From a virus, in IMG/VR virus record IMGVR_UViG_3300033153_004457, positions 7,122 to 71,121 of that record: 64,000 nt of DNA; one strand, given 5' to 3'. Under the pieces are notes generated by a model. That model was not told where the DNA came from. It worked only from the letters and a program-made list of their open reading frames with translations, and did no database searches. Position numbers and translations under genes: made by a program. Positions 19,096-28,552 of this stretch are shown here, one piece after another; position 1 is the first letter of the stretch; each line of letters opens with the position of its first letter.

Positions 19096-19500
19096 TTATT
19101 TCTCTCCCATTTCTTCGAGCTTCGCCCATAGAGCTTTGATCTCTGGCATCAACGGTTGTAGGTCTTCGTGACATACATCTCGTTGAATCTTTTCGACACC
19201 GACCACAAGCCGAATCACGAAACATCTTTCTTGCAGGTCTTTCAACTTTGGCATTTGAACAATTTCGACCTTGCCGGTATTGATGTTCTGTCGTTTCTGC
19301 GGCACCGTAACGGAAACTTTCTGCGGGTGTTCCTTCATCTCTACGAGCGGCATACCAGGCTTCTTGGGGTCTTCCAAGAACTTGCCGTCCTTGTCCGTTA
19401 CGGGTGTCGGAACCTTTACTTTCTTGATTTCAAAAACCGGTTCCGTCTGCGGGTTTATATACGTGCGTTTACCACACTTGTCACAATTCCATTTATTCAT
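19096..19500 (-). CDS. Zn-ribbon-like protein
   Basis: WNCDKCGK...DVCHED; start moved to 19500 (ATGA overlap). Confidence 0.55.
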   Translation of the reverse strand: MNKWNCDKCGKRTYINPQTEPVFEIKKVKVPTPVTDKDGKFLEDPKKPGMPLVEMKEHPQKVSVTVPQKRQNINTGKVEIVQMPKLKDLQERCFVIRLVVGVEKIQRDVCHEDLQPLMPEIKALWAKLEEMGEK

Positions 19501-20444
19501 GCAAGTAATGCCCTCCATGTTTCGGCTGCTTGCGCGTTTGGTCCACCGCCCATGTACAGTGCCATCATCGTGTAGTTATTGAAAGAGAGGCCCGACAAGA
19601 CTTGATCTTTCAGTTCCTTTTTAATCAGAGCTGTTCCACCTGGACCTAGTGGTACATTCAGAAACCACACGCCAGCCATTTCATCCAAGCTACCGATGAG
19701 GTCGACAATCGCTTGCAAGGCAACGATACGAGCGTTCAGGTCGTCTATCTTCTTCTGCAATGCGTCAATCAATTTTGTCATTACATCGTCGGCAACCAAC
19801 ATGTAGCCTTTGATGAGTGCGAGTGTTTCGCCCATGTCTTTCTGCAACTGTCCGATGTATTCAATTTGGTTGAACTTGAAGCTCGACCAATCGGGGTTGA
19901 AAGAGCGTGTCTTCGGGTTCTGTGCCAGCTCGACACGTTGAATGAGAATTTCAAACTCTTTCGTTTTCCAGAACACACCGAGCTTTTTCAATATCTCGTA
20001 AAAGAGAATGATGTCCGGTGCGGTTATCAGTAGACCGAACGCGGCTACGTTTGCACCGTCTGAGAAGATGGGCCTTTGCTCGTCGCCGGTATCATCGAAA
20101 GAGTTGACTGCGAAGTTGATTGCCTGTGCCGGTGTGACCTTTGGTATTCCGAGTTTGTCGATTGTTAAACCGCGCCGGTTCACGTTGAACGGTGTTACAA
20201 ATAACTCGAAGACACCCGCGCCGAATAAATCGTTCATGAGGTTTTCGAGTTCGGTTACGAGCGCGGACATGATCGCTTTGAATAGGTCAGAACCCGCTTG
20301 GTAGTAAATCTTTACGATGTCCAACGCATCGGAAATGATACCAAGTGTAGTTGCCACCGAATTCCCGGCGACCGTTAAATCAGCCAGTATCGCCTGAACC
20401 TCTGGTGGTAGCGGCGGTGCTAGGTCTACTTGCTGCCATGACAT
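19497..20444 (-). CDS. Hypothetical baseplate-region protein
   Basis: 315 aa ORF in operon, helical/coiled-coil. Confidence 0.6.
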   Translation of the reverse strand: MSWQQVDLAPPLPPEVQAILADLTVAGNSVATTLGIISDALDIVKIYYQAGSDLFKAIMSALVTELENLMNDLFGAGVFELFVTPFNVNRRGLTIDKLGIPKVTPAQAINFAVNSFDDTGDEQRPIFSDGANVAAFGLLITAPDIILFYEILKKLGVFWKTKEFEILIQRVELAQNPKTRSFNPDWSSFKFNQIEYIGQLQKDMGETLALIKGYMLVADDVMTKLIDALQKKIDDLNARIVALQAIVDLIGSLDEMAGVWFLNVPLGPGGTALIKKELKDQVLSGLSFNNYTMMALYMGGGPNAQAAETWRALLA

Positions 20445-20571
20445 TTATCAGTCTCCTAAGTTTATATGTACCATCCTCGACCTCGTGATTTCTTATCTTC
20501 ACTAGGCCGTCACGGATTCGTTCCAATGACCCTTTTAGTTTCGTTGCTTTCAATCCTTTTTTCCAACCCAT
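20380..20571 (-). CDS. Small basic hypothetical protein
   Basis: Starts 1 nt after the spike stop; overlaps the next gene by 65 bp. Confidence 0.35.
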   Translation of the reverse strand: MGWKKGLKATKLKGSLERIRDGLVKIRNHEVEDGTYKLRRLINVMAASRPSTAATTRGSGDTG

Positions 20572-20572
20572 A

Positions 20573-21715
20573 TCAGCCCGCTAAGAGAGTCGGTACACCG
20601 ATGTGCGGTGCGCCTGTTATAGTGTCCACGATTGGTGCCGTGAGGTTCGTAAGAACCTGTCCAAGCGGTGCGCCCAAGGTGATTGTCGTTCCAAGCATGA
20701 TGACATTTCCCGCAGGATCGACAGCCATATTTCCCAATGGATTTCCAGCGAGAAATGTACCCGCTTGCGTTTGCAAAGTCATCGCACCCGCAATCAAATT
20801 CACGAGGTATTGGCCCGCAAGAATTTGAACCTCTTCGCCTACGGTTGCAATGGTTGTCTTCCGTCCGAGTCCGACTGTACGCTCTTCCGTACCGGCAATC
20901 AGATCGGCACGATTGCCACCGACCGTTGAGTTTCGGTTCGAGATGATCGATTCGCTTTTACTACCGCCACACGTTTCGGCAATACCGCCGCCTACACTTA
21001 CCTCTTTCGAGCCGCTGATATTTTGCGTGACCAACCCGTACTCTTGGTTTACCTCACCGCCCACAGAGTCTAGGCGTGTACCATCCGTTGTGATTTCTTC
21101 TCCACCATAATAGTGGCGTGTACTCTTGCCTCTTATTTCTACGACCTCATCTTTCACTACACGTCGAGTGAAATTACCACTCGTCCACCACACGAAGTCC
21201 CTGTAGAAAGAGAACGCCGCCAGCTTGTCCACTTCGATTTCGAGATCACCGCGAACGCCCATCAGGAAATCTGAATAAGGATCAATATCGAAACCTGTAC
21301 CGCCCGTGTGTCTCAGGCGTACCAGCTCTTCATTCAAAGTGTCGTCGAATAAGAATTGATGTCTGGCCCGTGTGATCCACCCTTTCCGATTCGGGTAATT
21401 GATTTTGAACTCATCATCAAGCGGCGTGTCTGGATTGTACCACGAGGCCAGCACACGAGGTCGCGGGTTGTCCAGCTCTTCGTCAAGCTCAATGAGAAGA
21501 CTGTCACCGACTTCGGGAACCCAAAATTGGCCGATGGTTCCAAACGGTGGGTCCGCTGGTAATGGGTACTCACCGTCGAGCAACGTGTTCGCCTCGAAGT
21601 AAACACCACCGCGTAACGTGTCCGCACTAACAGAGGAAGTCTGTTCGGCGCTTGTCTTGCCGCTTGCCTTTTCGACATTTCTCGTTACGATTCCGATGTG
21701 GTATTCTTTCGCCAT
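20573..21715 (-). CDS. Baseplate central spike (gpV/gp5/VgrG C-terminal-like)
   Basis: OB-fold motif FWVPEVGDSLLIE, HQFLFDD, beta-strand repeats (VGG/IAG), C-terminal DTITGAPH. Confidence 0.8.
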   Translation of the reverse strand: MAKEYHIGIVTRNVEKASGKTSAEQTSSVSADTLRGGVYFEANTLLDGEYPLPADPPFGTIGQFWVPEVGDSLLIELDEELDNPRPRVLASWYNPDTPLDDEFKINYPNRKGWITRARHQFLFDDTLNEELVRLRHTGGTGFDIDPYSDFLMGVRGDLEIEVDKLAAFSFYRDFVWWTSGNFTRRVVKDEVVEIRGKSTRHYYGGEEITTDGTRLDSVGGEVNQEYGLVTQNISGSKEVSVGGGIAETCGGSKSESIISNRNSTVGGNRADLIAGTEERTVGLGRKTTIATVGEEVQILAGQYLVNLIAGAMTLQTQAGTFLAGNPLGNMAVDPAGNVIMLGTTITLGAPLGQVLTNLTAPIVDTITGAPHIGVPTLLAG

Positions 21716-22947
21716 TATGCGCTTTCCTCAAGTAACACCCGTCGAGCTTCGATGTGGGTGTTGTAACCATTTTCGTCGAATATGTGTCGGACCTTTTTGA
21801 AATAATATCGTCCGTTGAAGAATGCCCCAAGACCCGCGAACGTGTGGACCTGGCGAGACTTCAGAAGAGCGTTACCGTTGACACGCCCGTTGCCATTGAT
21901 GAAATCCCTTGCGATCTTCTTCATGTGTAGGATCAGATATTTCTTCGCGTCCTCCGCATTATTGAAGACCTTCTTAGAAATGATTTCTACCGTCTCTCCG
22001 AAAGCCTTCTGTGTCATCGCCGCACCAGATATTGCAGCGTCCTTCTTTAGAAGCGTGTCGGCATTTGCGCCGCCAAATTTGATGTCTTTTTGCTTCTTCA
22101 TGAAGTCGTCCATCGACAATGTGACATCGATTTTCTTGTTCGATACCTTGTCGAATGCAACGACTTTGTATTTCGTGAACTGCGTTGCGAGGGAAAGTTT
22201 CGGCTTAAAACCCCGCAGTACAGCCGTCATGGGCTTTGGAACTGTGAATGATTGCTCGACATCGAAGGGCGTGTCGCCTTCACCGTGCTCGAACGTAAAG
22301 AGCGGTTTGCTTTGGTCTGTCGGTGGCTCGAAGAACAGCTCGAAACGTTTCTGTTTGAAATCGTACTTGCTATAGACATCGAAACTGTTCAATTTGGCAA
22401 TCTCTTGCAAGAAAGCGAGGTCAGTGGTTCCACGCTTCTGCGTGCGTATCTTCTTGCTCGTCGTCTTGCGGATACCACGGTTCAAAGCCGAATCGGTTTG
22501 CGAAACAATCATGTTCCACTTGATTCCATAATTCTGCACAATTTGATGATCCGAAATTCCCTTGTGGATTTCTCCCTTTTCGCTTTTCGGTATCGAGAGC
22601 TTGTGGAGGTGGTCGTAACAGGTGATAGCGAGCTTTGGAGGCCCGGTTTCAGGAAAATCGGGGTCTAGGTCGACTATATAAGCCGAGCCGATGTAGTCGA
22701 TTTGGTCGCCGTACCCGCCGCGCAAAGTAACGATATTTCCGGGCGCGAAAAGTTTCATATTGATAACGTCCGCACTGATACCGCCTATGACCGGCTTGCT
22801 GTACTCCAAATTGATTTTCATCGAAGACACTTTGTCGCTTTCGTCCTCGAACTCTACACTCTTAATCATGCTGTAGAAGTCCGGCGCGAGAGCTTCGCCA
22901 TTGATCTTCAATTCGTAATTCGGTGCAAATAAATCAGCTTGTGGCAT
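21715..22947 (-). CDS. Baseplate hub (late control D/gpD-like)
   Basis: QKRGTTDLAFLQEIAK, GLGAFFNGRYYFKKVRH motifs. Confidence 0.85.
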   Translation of the reverse strand: MPQADLFAPNYELKINGEALAPDFYSMIKSVEFEDESDKVSSMKINLEYSKPVIGGISADVINMKLFAPGNIVTLRGGYGDQIDYIGSAYIVDLDPDFPETGPPKLAITCYDHLHKLSIPKSEKGEIHKGISDHQIVQNYGIKWNMIVSQTDSALNRGIRKTTSKKIRTQKRGTTDLAFLQEIAKLNSFDVYSKYDFKQKRFELFFEPPTDQSKPLFTFEHGEGDTPFDVEQSFTVPKPMTAVLRGFKPKLSLATQFTKYKVVAFDKVSNKKIDVTLSMDDFMKKQKDIKFGGANADTLLKKDAAISGAAMTQKAFGETVEIISKKVFNNAEDAKKYLILHMKKIARDFINGNGRVNGNALLKSRQVHTFAGLGAFFNGRYYFKKVRHIFDENGYNTHIEARRVLLEESA

Positions 22948-22955
22948 TCAAATTC

Positions 22956-23879
22956 CTACACGAAAATAGTTTTGTTCGTTCCTCTGAGTGCGAATTGATC
23001 TGAAATTACTTGTCGATTTACAAGTGCGTCTTTCAGGAATTCGCTCTGCGGTGTTACGTCAACACCGGCCAGGTCCACAGCGTCCACAAGGTCGATGATG
23101 TCACCCGTTTCGAGTGCAGATTTTATCTGGCTGAGAGGTTGTTGGTAATACACTCTTCGGAGTACATCGCCTGATAGAGCGTCCTCGTACTCGATGCGTG
23201 CGATTTCTTCAAAGGTCTGTCCTTGCTTGATGACCATACGCTTTCCCTTGCTGTGAAGAGAAGCGTTTGGAATGTTGATCTTTCCCAAGCTATTTGAGAT
23301 ACCCGCCGCCGCTAAAGCAATTCCAAGACCCGTCTTTATCAACGATGCAACGGTCATTCCATCTTGTTTCGTGGGTAACTCTTCGATGACTTCGAGTGCC
23401 ATGTTGAAGGTCGCACCGCGAATTGCACCGCTGTCTCTGCGAGGTCTGTCGTAAACGATTCCACCGGGCGACTTGACAAAGCACATCATGGCTATTTCGG
23501 TTCCGGCCTGGAAGCGAAAGATTGGAGCGCGTTTCAGAGCGGGGTCACGCTTGGCGAAACTCTTGAGTTGTCTGATACCGGTCTTCACGTTCTTCAGTGT
23601 ATTCGTTGCGAAGATGCGAGCCTTGAAAGTCGTGGTATCACCGCTTCCTCCGAGGTATTTCTTGCTCGTTTCGTCCTTGTTCAAAGATCCATCATTCGAG
23701 ATACGCGCACCGATATTTTCCGTCACATCTTCGGCGACGAATTGACCGATGAACTCTGTACCCGGTGGGTCGAGCATTTTCAAACGCCACACGTCATGAC
23801 CCGCGCCGTATGGATCAATTCCTACGGATTGTAGTGCAGCTCCTACCGCTGCAATCTTTGAAAGTATTGCTACCATCAA
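22956..23879 (-). CDS. Tail tube initiator / LysM-like baseplate protein
   Basis: After tape measure; VIKQGQTFEEIARIEY LysM-like motif. Confidence 0.6.
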   Translation of the reverse strand: MMVAILSKIAAVGAALQSVGIDPYGAGHDVWRLKMLDPPGTEFIGQFVAEDVTENIGARISNDGSLNKDETSKKYLGGSGDTTTFKARIFATNTLKNVKTGIRQLKSFAKRDPALKRAPIFRFQAGTEIAMMCFVKSPGGIVYDRPRRDSGAIRGATFNMALEVIEELPTKQDGMTVASLIKTGLGIALAAAGISNSLGKINIPNASLHSKGKRMVIKQGQTFEEIARIEYEDALSGDVLRRVYYQQPLSQIKSALETGDIIDLVDAVDLAGVDVTPQSEFLKDALVNRQVISDQFALRGTNKTIFV

Positions 23880-26800
23880 TCCTCCCCGTAGCCCTGTTGT
23901 GAGCTACTTTCAGCCGCTACTGAGCTTGTTTGTTTTCCGCTCTTGTTCGCGCTGTGCCGAGCCTTCTTGCTCATGTACGATGCCAGGTCGTCACCATCGA
24001 TTTGCACTTTCACGCTTACGTCGGTCTGACCGCCGCCGCCACCAGGGACGTTCGCGGTAACACTGACTTTCGGAGGTGTCGCCGCCGCTGTTTTTCCTCC
24101 AAGGAACTCTTCTCCAATTCCCTTTGAGGCCAACGACTGTCCACCAGGAGAGCCGGGAACTGGTGCAGTACCAGCACCCGCGCCCGCGCCCGCAAAGGCC
24201 GGTGTAAGGCCACCACCGCCGCCAGGAACAGTTTCAGCACCACCGAAACCGAAGAAAGAAAGTGCTCCTTTGATTTTACTCAGAGGTCCACCGGCAACCT
24301 TCTGTATCCAATCGTGGGCACGCCTTAAAACGCCAATCACTTTTTCCCACTTGTCCGAGACAAACGAAGCCACACTTTTCAAACCACCCATGAGGGTTTC
24401 ATTGTTCAGCATGAAATTCTTTATTCCGGTTGTGACTGAATTGAATGCCAAGATGAAGCCGCCTTCGATCCATGATGCAATGTTTTTCAAATTCGTCCAT
24501 AATGCGTTGGCTCTCTGACTCACCCAATCAAAGCCCTCTCCCACGAGCGTTCCAGCCTTACCTAACCAACCCATGGCGGTTTTGGCTTCGTCCGTTCCCA
24601 TCGCGAGGGTGTACAATTCGTTCGCAAGGAATTTCGTAACCTCCCATACCAATTGGAACACACCGACGATGAGCTGACCCGCAACCGCCGCCGCATCAAG
24701 CGCCCAACCTAGACCGCTCCATGCGGCCTTGAAACCGCGTATGACAAGGAGACCAACATCAACGAGGAAGCCGAACAACCCTGCCCACACTCTGAAGCCG
24801 AACGATGCAGCCGTTGCAATTCCACCTAGTACGGTTCCGACAACTTGACCGTACAATTTGAAAAATCCACCGCTCTCTCCAACTTTGATGTCGAGCGCGT
24901 TCAAGGCTTCAATCACGGTTCCCTTTAGATCGTTCCACGCGGGTATCAAATTCGATTTGATGATCTTCCAAAACGGCGTAAACGATTCAACGACCGCGCT
25001 TACATATTCCTCTACAGAGCGAGCGTACCAGGCGATAGCATCGAGTATCCATGAGAGCGGGCGCACTATGCTGTTCGTAATGATGCCGCCTACATCGCCC
25101 ATCACAGAACCCATATCATTGAACGTTTTCGAGGTGTCCTGTGCGCCGGTTTTCAAAAGGCTGAATATTTCCATGAAGGTGGTTTTCAGATTTTCCCACG
25201 CTGGCACGATTATGTTTTTCACGTTTTGCCACATCGGTCGCCACGCGGTCATGAAGCCATCTACGAATGAAATTGCGGCTTTCTTGATGCCGCTCCAACC
25301 TCCCATGACCTTGTACAGAATGTAACCGAGAGCGGCGACACCCGCGACAATCAAGCCGATTGGACTAATGAGAAGCAGGAATGCAGCTTTGAGAAAACCG
25401 ACAGCGGCAATTACACCGGTTATCGCAGGGGCAATGAAAAACATCAAGCCGCCGAAAGCGAGTAGCGGTGGCCCGATGATCGCAAGCGCACCGCCTAGTA
25501 CGACAAGGATTTTACCGACCAAGCGGAGAGTACCCGAACTCTTATCCAGCGAACTGAAGAACTTCTTGGCCGATGTCATGATGAAACCGAAAGTCTCTTT
25601 CAGCGAGTTCATACCATCGACCAGGCCGAGAACAAAATCACCGTAGCCCGTTTTCATAACGGCCTTCTGCGAATCGTCCCATTTCTTTACCGGTGTGTTT
25701 ATCGCGGAAAGCGCGGCTGCAAGGCTTGACAGAGGATCGGTGATGAGCTTTCCAATTTCCCGAAACCCTCCCATCGTTTTGAACATTTTGCCAAGTTGAA
25801 GTACAACCGCGCTACTTGCGGATTTGAGTATTTGAAATGTACCCCATAGGTTGTCGGTCATGGTCGCGTATTGCCGTGACGCTTCACCCGCACCCTCGGT
25901 CGACTTCTTGATTCCTATGAACAGGTCGTTGAGGTCCGAACCCGCGTCTGTCATGTTCTTCATTGCGAACATACTTCTCTGTCCACGAATTCCGAACAGC
26001 TCTGAAATCGCTGCGGCCTTGTCCGTTTCCTTGTGGAACTTTCCCATGCCTTTCGACACCATTGCAATGATCTTGTCGAGACCGATCAGTTTGCCGCTCT
26101 TCGTATGGAACTGTTCCATCGAGAGTCCCATTTTTGAGAGTACGGCTTTGGCTTTCGCTGTCGGTTTCGAGAGCTTGTTCATCATATTGACAACGGATGT
26201 ACCGGCCATCGAACCCTTGATACCAGCGTTCGCCAGAGCGCCAAACGTACCGATGATTTGCTCGATGGGTATGTTCATGTTCGCAAGCGCACCACCACCA
26301 AACGTGATCGCTTGTCCAAGTTGTTCGATACTGGTATTGGAATTCGCCTGCGCGAATGCCATCATATCTGCAAGTTTGATTGCCTGTGTCGTCCGGTCGC
26401 CATACTGTTTCAGCGCGGGTGATAATGCGGACATGTTGTCCGTAATGATATCACTCGCTTTGGCAAGGTCCAGATTTCCGGCCGCAGCGGTCTTCAGTAT
26501 GGTAGGCAGAACGCCTATCGCATCCTTCGCCTTGAAACCCGCGAGGGCAAGGAACTCTAGGCCCTCCGCTGCTTGCTGTGATGTGAAGATGGTTTCGCGG
26601 CCCATCTTCTGAGCCGCGCCCGCAAGTGCATCGTAGCTCTCCTGACCGTCTGCCATCTTCGACACGACACTTGACATTTGCTTTTCAAATTTCATGTACG
26701 AATTAACAGCAACCCCAACACCCGCTGCTATCACGGTTCCCATCATAGCAATACGCATGCCGCTCGATGCCATTGAACGAGCGTGTCTACCCGCGCTTTG

Positions 26801-26902
26801 AAGGTTGGTCTTGAATGTGTTGACTTGTTTGCCAGCACGATTCAAAGCCCCTTGCATACCGGGGCTTGAAAACCGTAAGACTGCTGATAAATCGAATGCC
26901 AT
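23876..26902 (-). CDS. Tape measure protein (TP901 family)
   Basis: FEKQMSSV, ETIFTSQQAAEGLEFLALAG, GIKGSMAGT, Trp/Phe-periodic helical repeats. Confidence 0.95.
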   Translation of the reverse strand: MAFDLSAVLRFSSPGMQGALNRAGKQVNTFKTNLQSAGRHARSMASSGMRIAMMGTVIAAGVGVAVNSYMKFEKQMSSVVSKMADGQESYDALAGAAQKMGRETIFTSQQAAEGLEFLALAGFKAKDAIGVLPTILKTAAAGNLDLAKASDIITDNMSALSPALKQYGDRTTQAIKLADMMAFAQANSNTSIEQLGQAITFGGGALANMNIPIEQIIGTFGALANAGIKGSMAGTSVVNMMNKLSKPTAKAKAVLSKMGLSMEQFHTKSGKLIGLDKIIAMVSKGMGKFHKETDKAAAISELFGIRGQRSMFAMKNMTDAGSDLNDLFIGIKKSTEGAGEASRQYATMTDNLWGTFQILKSASSAVVLQLGKMFKTMGGFREIGKLITDPLSSLAAALSAINTPVKKWDDSQKAVMKTGYGDFVLGLVDGMNSLKETFGFIMTSAKKFFSSLDKSSGTLRLVGKILVVLGGALAIIGPPLLAFGGLMFFIAPAITGVIAAVGFLKAAFLLLISPIGLIVAGVAALGYILYKVMGGWSGIKKAAISFVDGFMTAWRPMWQNVKNIIVPAWENLKTTFMEIFSLLKTGAQDTSKTFNDMGSVMGDVGGIITNSIVRPLSWILDAIAWYARSVEEYVSAVVESFTPFWKIIKSNLIPAWNDLKGTVIEALNALDIKVGESGGFFKLYGQVVGTVLGGIATAASFGFRVWAGLFGFLVDVGLLVIRGFKAAWSGLGWALDAAAVAGQLIVGVFQLVWEVTKFLANELYTLAMGTDEAKTAMGWLGKAGTLVGEGFDWVSQRANALWTNLKNIASWIEGGFILAFNSVTTGIKNFMLNNETLMGGLKSVASFVSDKWEKVIGVLRRAHDWIQKVAGGPLSKIKGALSFFGFGGAETVPGGGGGLTPAFAGAGAGAGTAPVPGSPGGQSLASKGIGEEFLGGKTAAATPPKVSVTANVPGGGGGQTDVSVKVQIDGDDLASYMSKKARHSANKSGKQTSSVAAESSSQQGYGED

Positions 26903-26904
26903 CG

Positions 26905-27111
26905 TTACCCCTTTGAGCCTTTGTTAATGGCTTCTTTCTCTTCCCTCAGTTGCCGTTGCAACCGCTTGAGCCACCATGCGCGTTCTTTAGGAGTCATAGC
27001 ATTGACACGAGAATCTGTCATTCCGTCGATGTGGTAATAAAGCTGAAACTCTTCATCCCAAATATCTTCCTCTGACCTCAGATTTGAGGTAGGGAAGAAG
27101 CACCGAAAAAA
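26905..27111 (-). CDS. -1 frameshift extension of tail assembly chaperone (GT product)
   Basis: T TTT TTC heptamer at 27105-27111; the -1 frame opens one codon before it and runs to TAA 26905 (...EEDIWDEEFQLYYH...ERAWWLKRLQRQ). Confidence 0.8.
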   Translation of the reverse strand, partial: FFRCFFPTSNLRSEEDIWDEEFQLYYHIDGMTDSRVNAMTPKERAWWLKRLQRQLREEKEAINKGSKG

Positions 27112-27929
27112 TGGTCATAACTCCAATCTAACGCATGATTGAACTTGAACCTACACTTCGGGCATTCTATTTCCTGTCTGATCGCAGGACCGGCGTTGTG
27201 CGCGGCTAATACCCGTTGCGTTCGTTCGAGGTCCGTCTTCTTGATCTTGTCGACAATTTCCTGTGGGTCCAAGAACCCGCTGAACCCTTCGGAACCGTCG
27301 ATGTGATTCTTCAGGGTGTATATTTTCGTTTCGGCTTCGTCGTTTGCCGTTTCGAGGTCCATCTTTTCCATGATGTCCCAGAGGCCAACTTTCAATTTCA
27401 AATTGTCAATAAGCTGTTCGCCCTTGGCAAGTGTGATCGGCTTGACGAGCTTGTAAATCACGTGGTCTGGCCATTCTCCACACTTGCAATCTACGTCGAG
27501 GTGTCCGAGATTTGCGATGAATTCGTTTTCGCGTTTCCTGCAATTCGGACACTGAAAACCCAACGTCACATGTTCACCCATCTCGTGGAAACGCAGATAG
27601 AAGTACATGTACAGAGGATTCGCCAACCTCATTTGGTTGAGCGCCAATATTTTCATCTTGTCTTCCATACCGTGGAAGTCGATGCCGTTCAAGCGGTCCA
27701 AGAGAAGCATGAGAACCTGACTAACGAAGTAGCCCATGTTCGGATTCTTCTCTTTGATTTTCGCAATCTTTTTTTCTTCGGGTGTACCCCATTCGATGAA
27801 GGTGAAATACTGGTCAGTCTTTCCCTTTTCATGAACAGGTAATTGGTTTCCCAATTCGGCCAGAGTGGTTTTCGGAAAGGTCGCTTCGGTGCTCTTGTTT
27901 TCTACCTTCGTCTGTGTCTCTTTGGACAT
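27078..27929 (-). CDS. Tail assembly chaperone (two CxxC motifs)
   Basis: Between tube and TMP; CPNC and CPKC; ends DHFF at the slippery site. Confidence 0.75.
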   Translation of the reverse strand: MSKETQTKVENKSTEATFPKTTLAELGNQLPVHEKGKTDQYFTFIEWGTPEEKKIAKIKEKNPNMGYFVSQVLMLLLDRLNGIDFHGMEDKMKILALNQMRLANPLYMYFYLRFHEMGEHVTLGFQCPNCRKRENEFIANLGHLDVDCKCGEWPDHVIYKLVKPITLAKGEQLIDNLKLKVGLWDIMEKMDLETANDEAETKIYTLKNHIDGSEGFSGFLDPQEIVDKIKKTDLERTQRVLAAHNAGPAIRQEIECPKCRFKFNHALDWSYDHFFGASSLPQI

Positions 27930-28037
27930 CGTGCGTTCCTCCTATTCACTGATAGTGAAAGAAACTATGTTGCATGAACAGGAGAACCAGTACAGGCTTA
28001 GAGCGTTACCGGTTCTCCTGCGAGAATCTGTCGACCG

Positions 28038-28481
28038 TTAGGCCGGTAGCATTTCGTCAACCCAGAACGTGTACTCGTTCGCGGCGACTTCACCTTCGTT
28101 GCTCATCGCGACATCCGGTGTCTTGCGCTTGGAACATTTCATTCCCAGAAGCGTGTATGTCTTGGCGACATTATCACCGATTGTCTTGTAGTTCATGGTT
28201 CCGACCTTCTCGTAGTCCGGTGATACGGGGTCTTTCCCCTGTTCATACCAGATATCGCACGCGGCGATTTCTGCCGTGTGATGCAGCGGAACTTTCGCTG
28301 TGAACTCGAAAGGTTTACTTTGCCCGCCGCTCTGTTTCGTGCGGTCTGGCATATCGACCATTTCGGTTTCTTCCTCGAACCCGCTCACCTCGATGAACGT
28401 GATTTTCGGAAGCGTGACAACTTCGAGTTCGTACTTGTTGTCAGCCGCGTGGTCGGGGTTGATTTGGTTCTTCAGTGTCAT
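28038..28481 (-). CDS. Tail tube protein (T4 gp19-like)
   Basis: FIEVSGFEEETE motif, size, follows sheath. Confidence 0.85.
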   Translation of the reverse strand: MTLKNQINPDHAADNKYELEVVTLPKITFIEVSGFEEETEMVDMPDRTKQSGGQSKPFEFTAKVPLHHTAEIAACDIWYEQGKDPVSPDYEKVGTMNYKTIGDNVAKTYTLLGMKCSKRKTPDVAMSNEGEVAANEYTFWVDEMLPA

Positions 28482-28552
28482 GTGTCCAACCTCCGTTTAG
28501 GGTTTGCTAAGAGGGTTCTCAGAGCTTCCAAGAACCCGCTTCACCGACCGCG

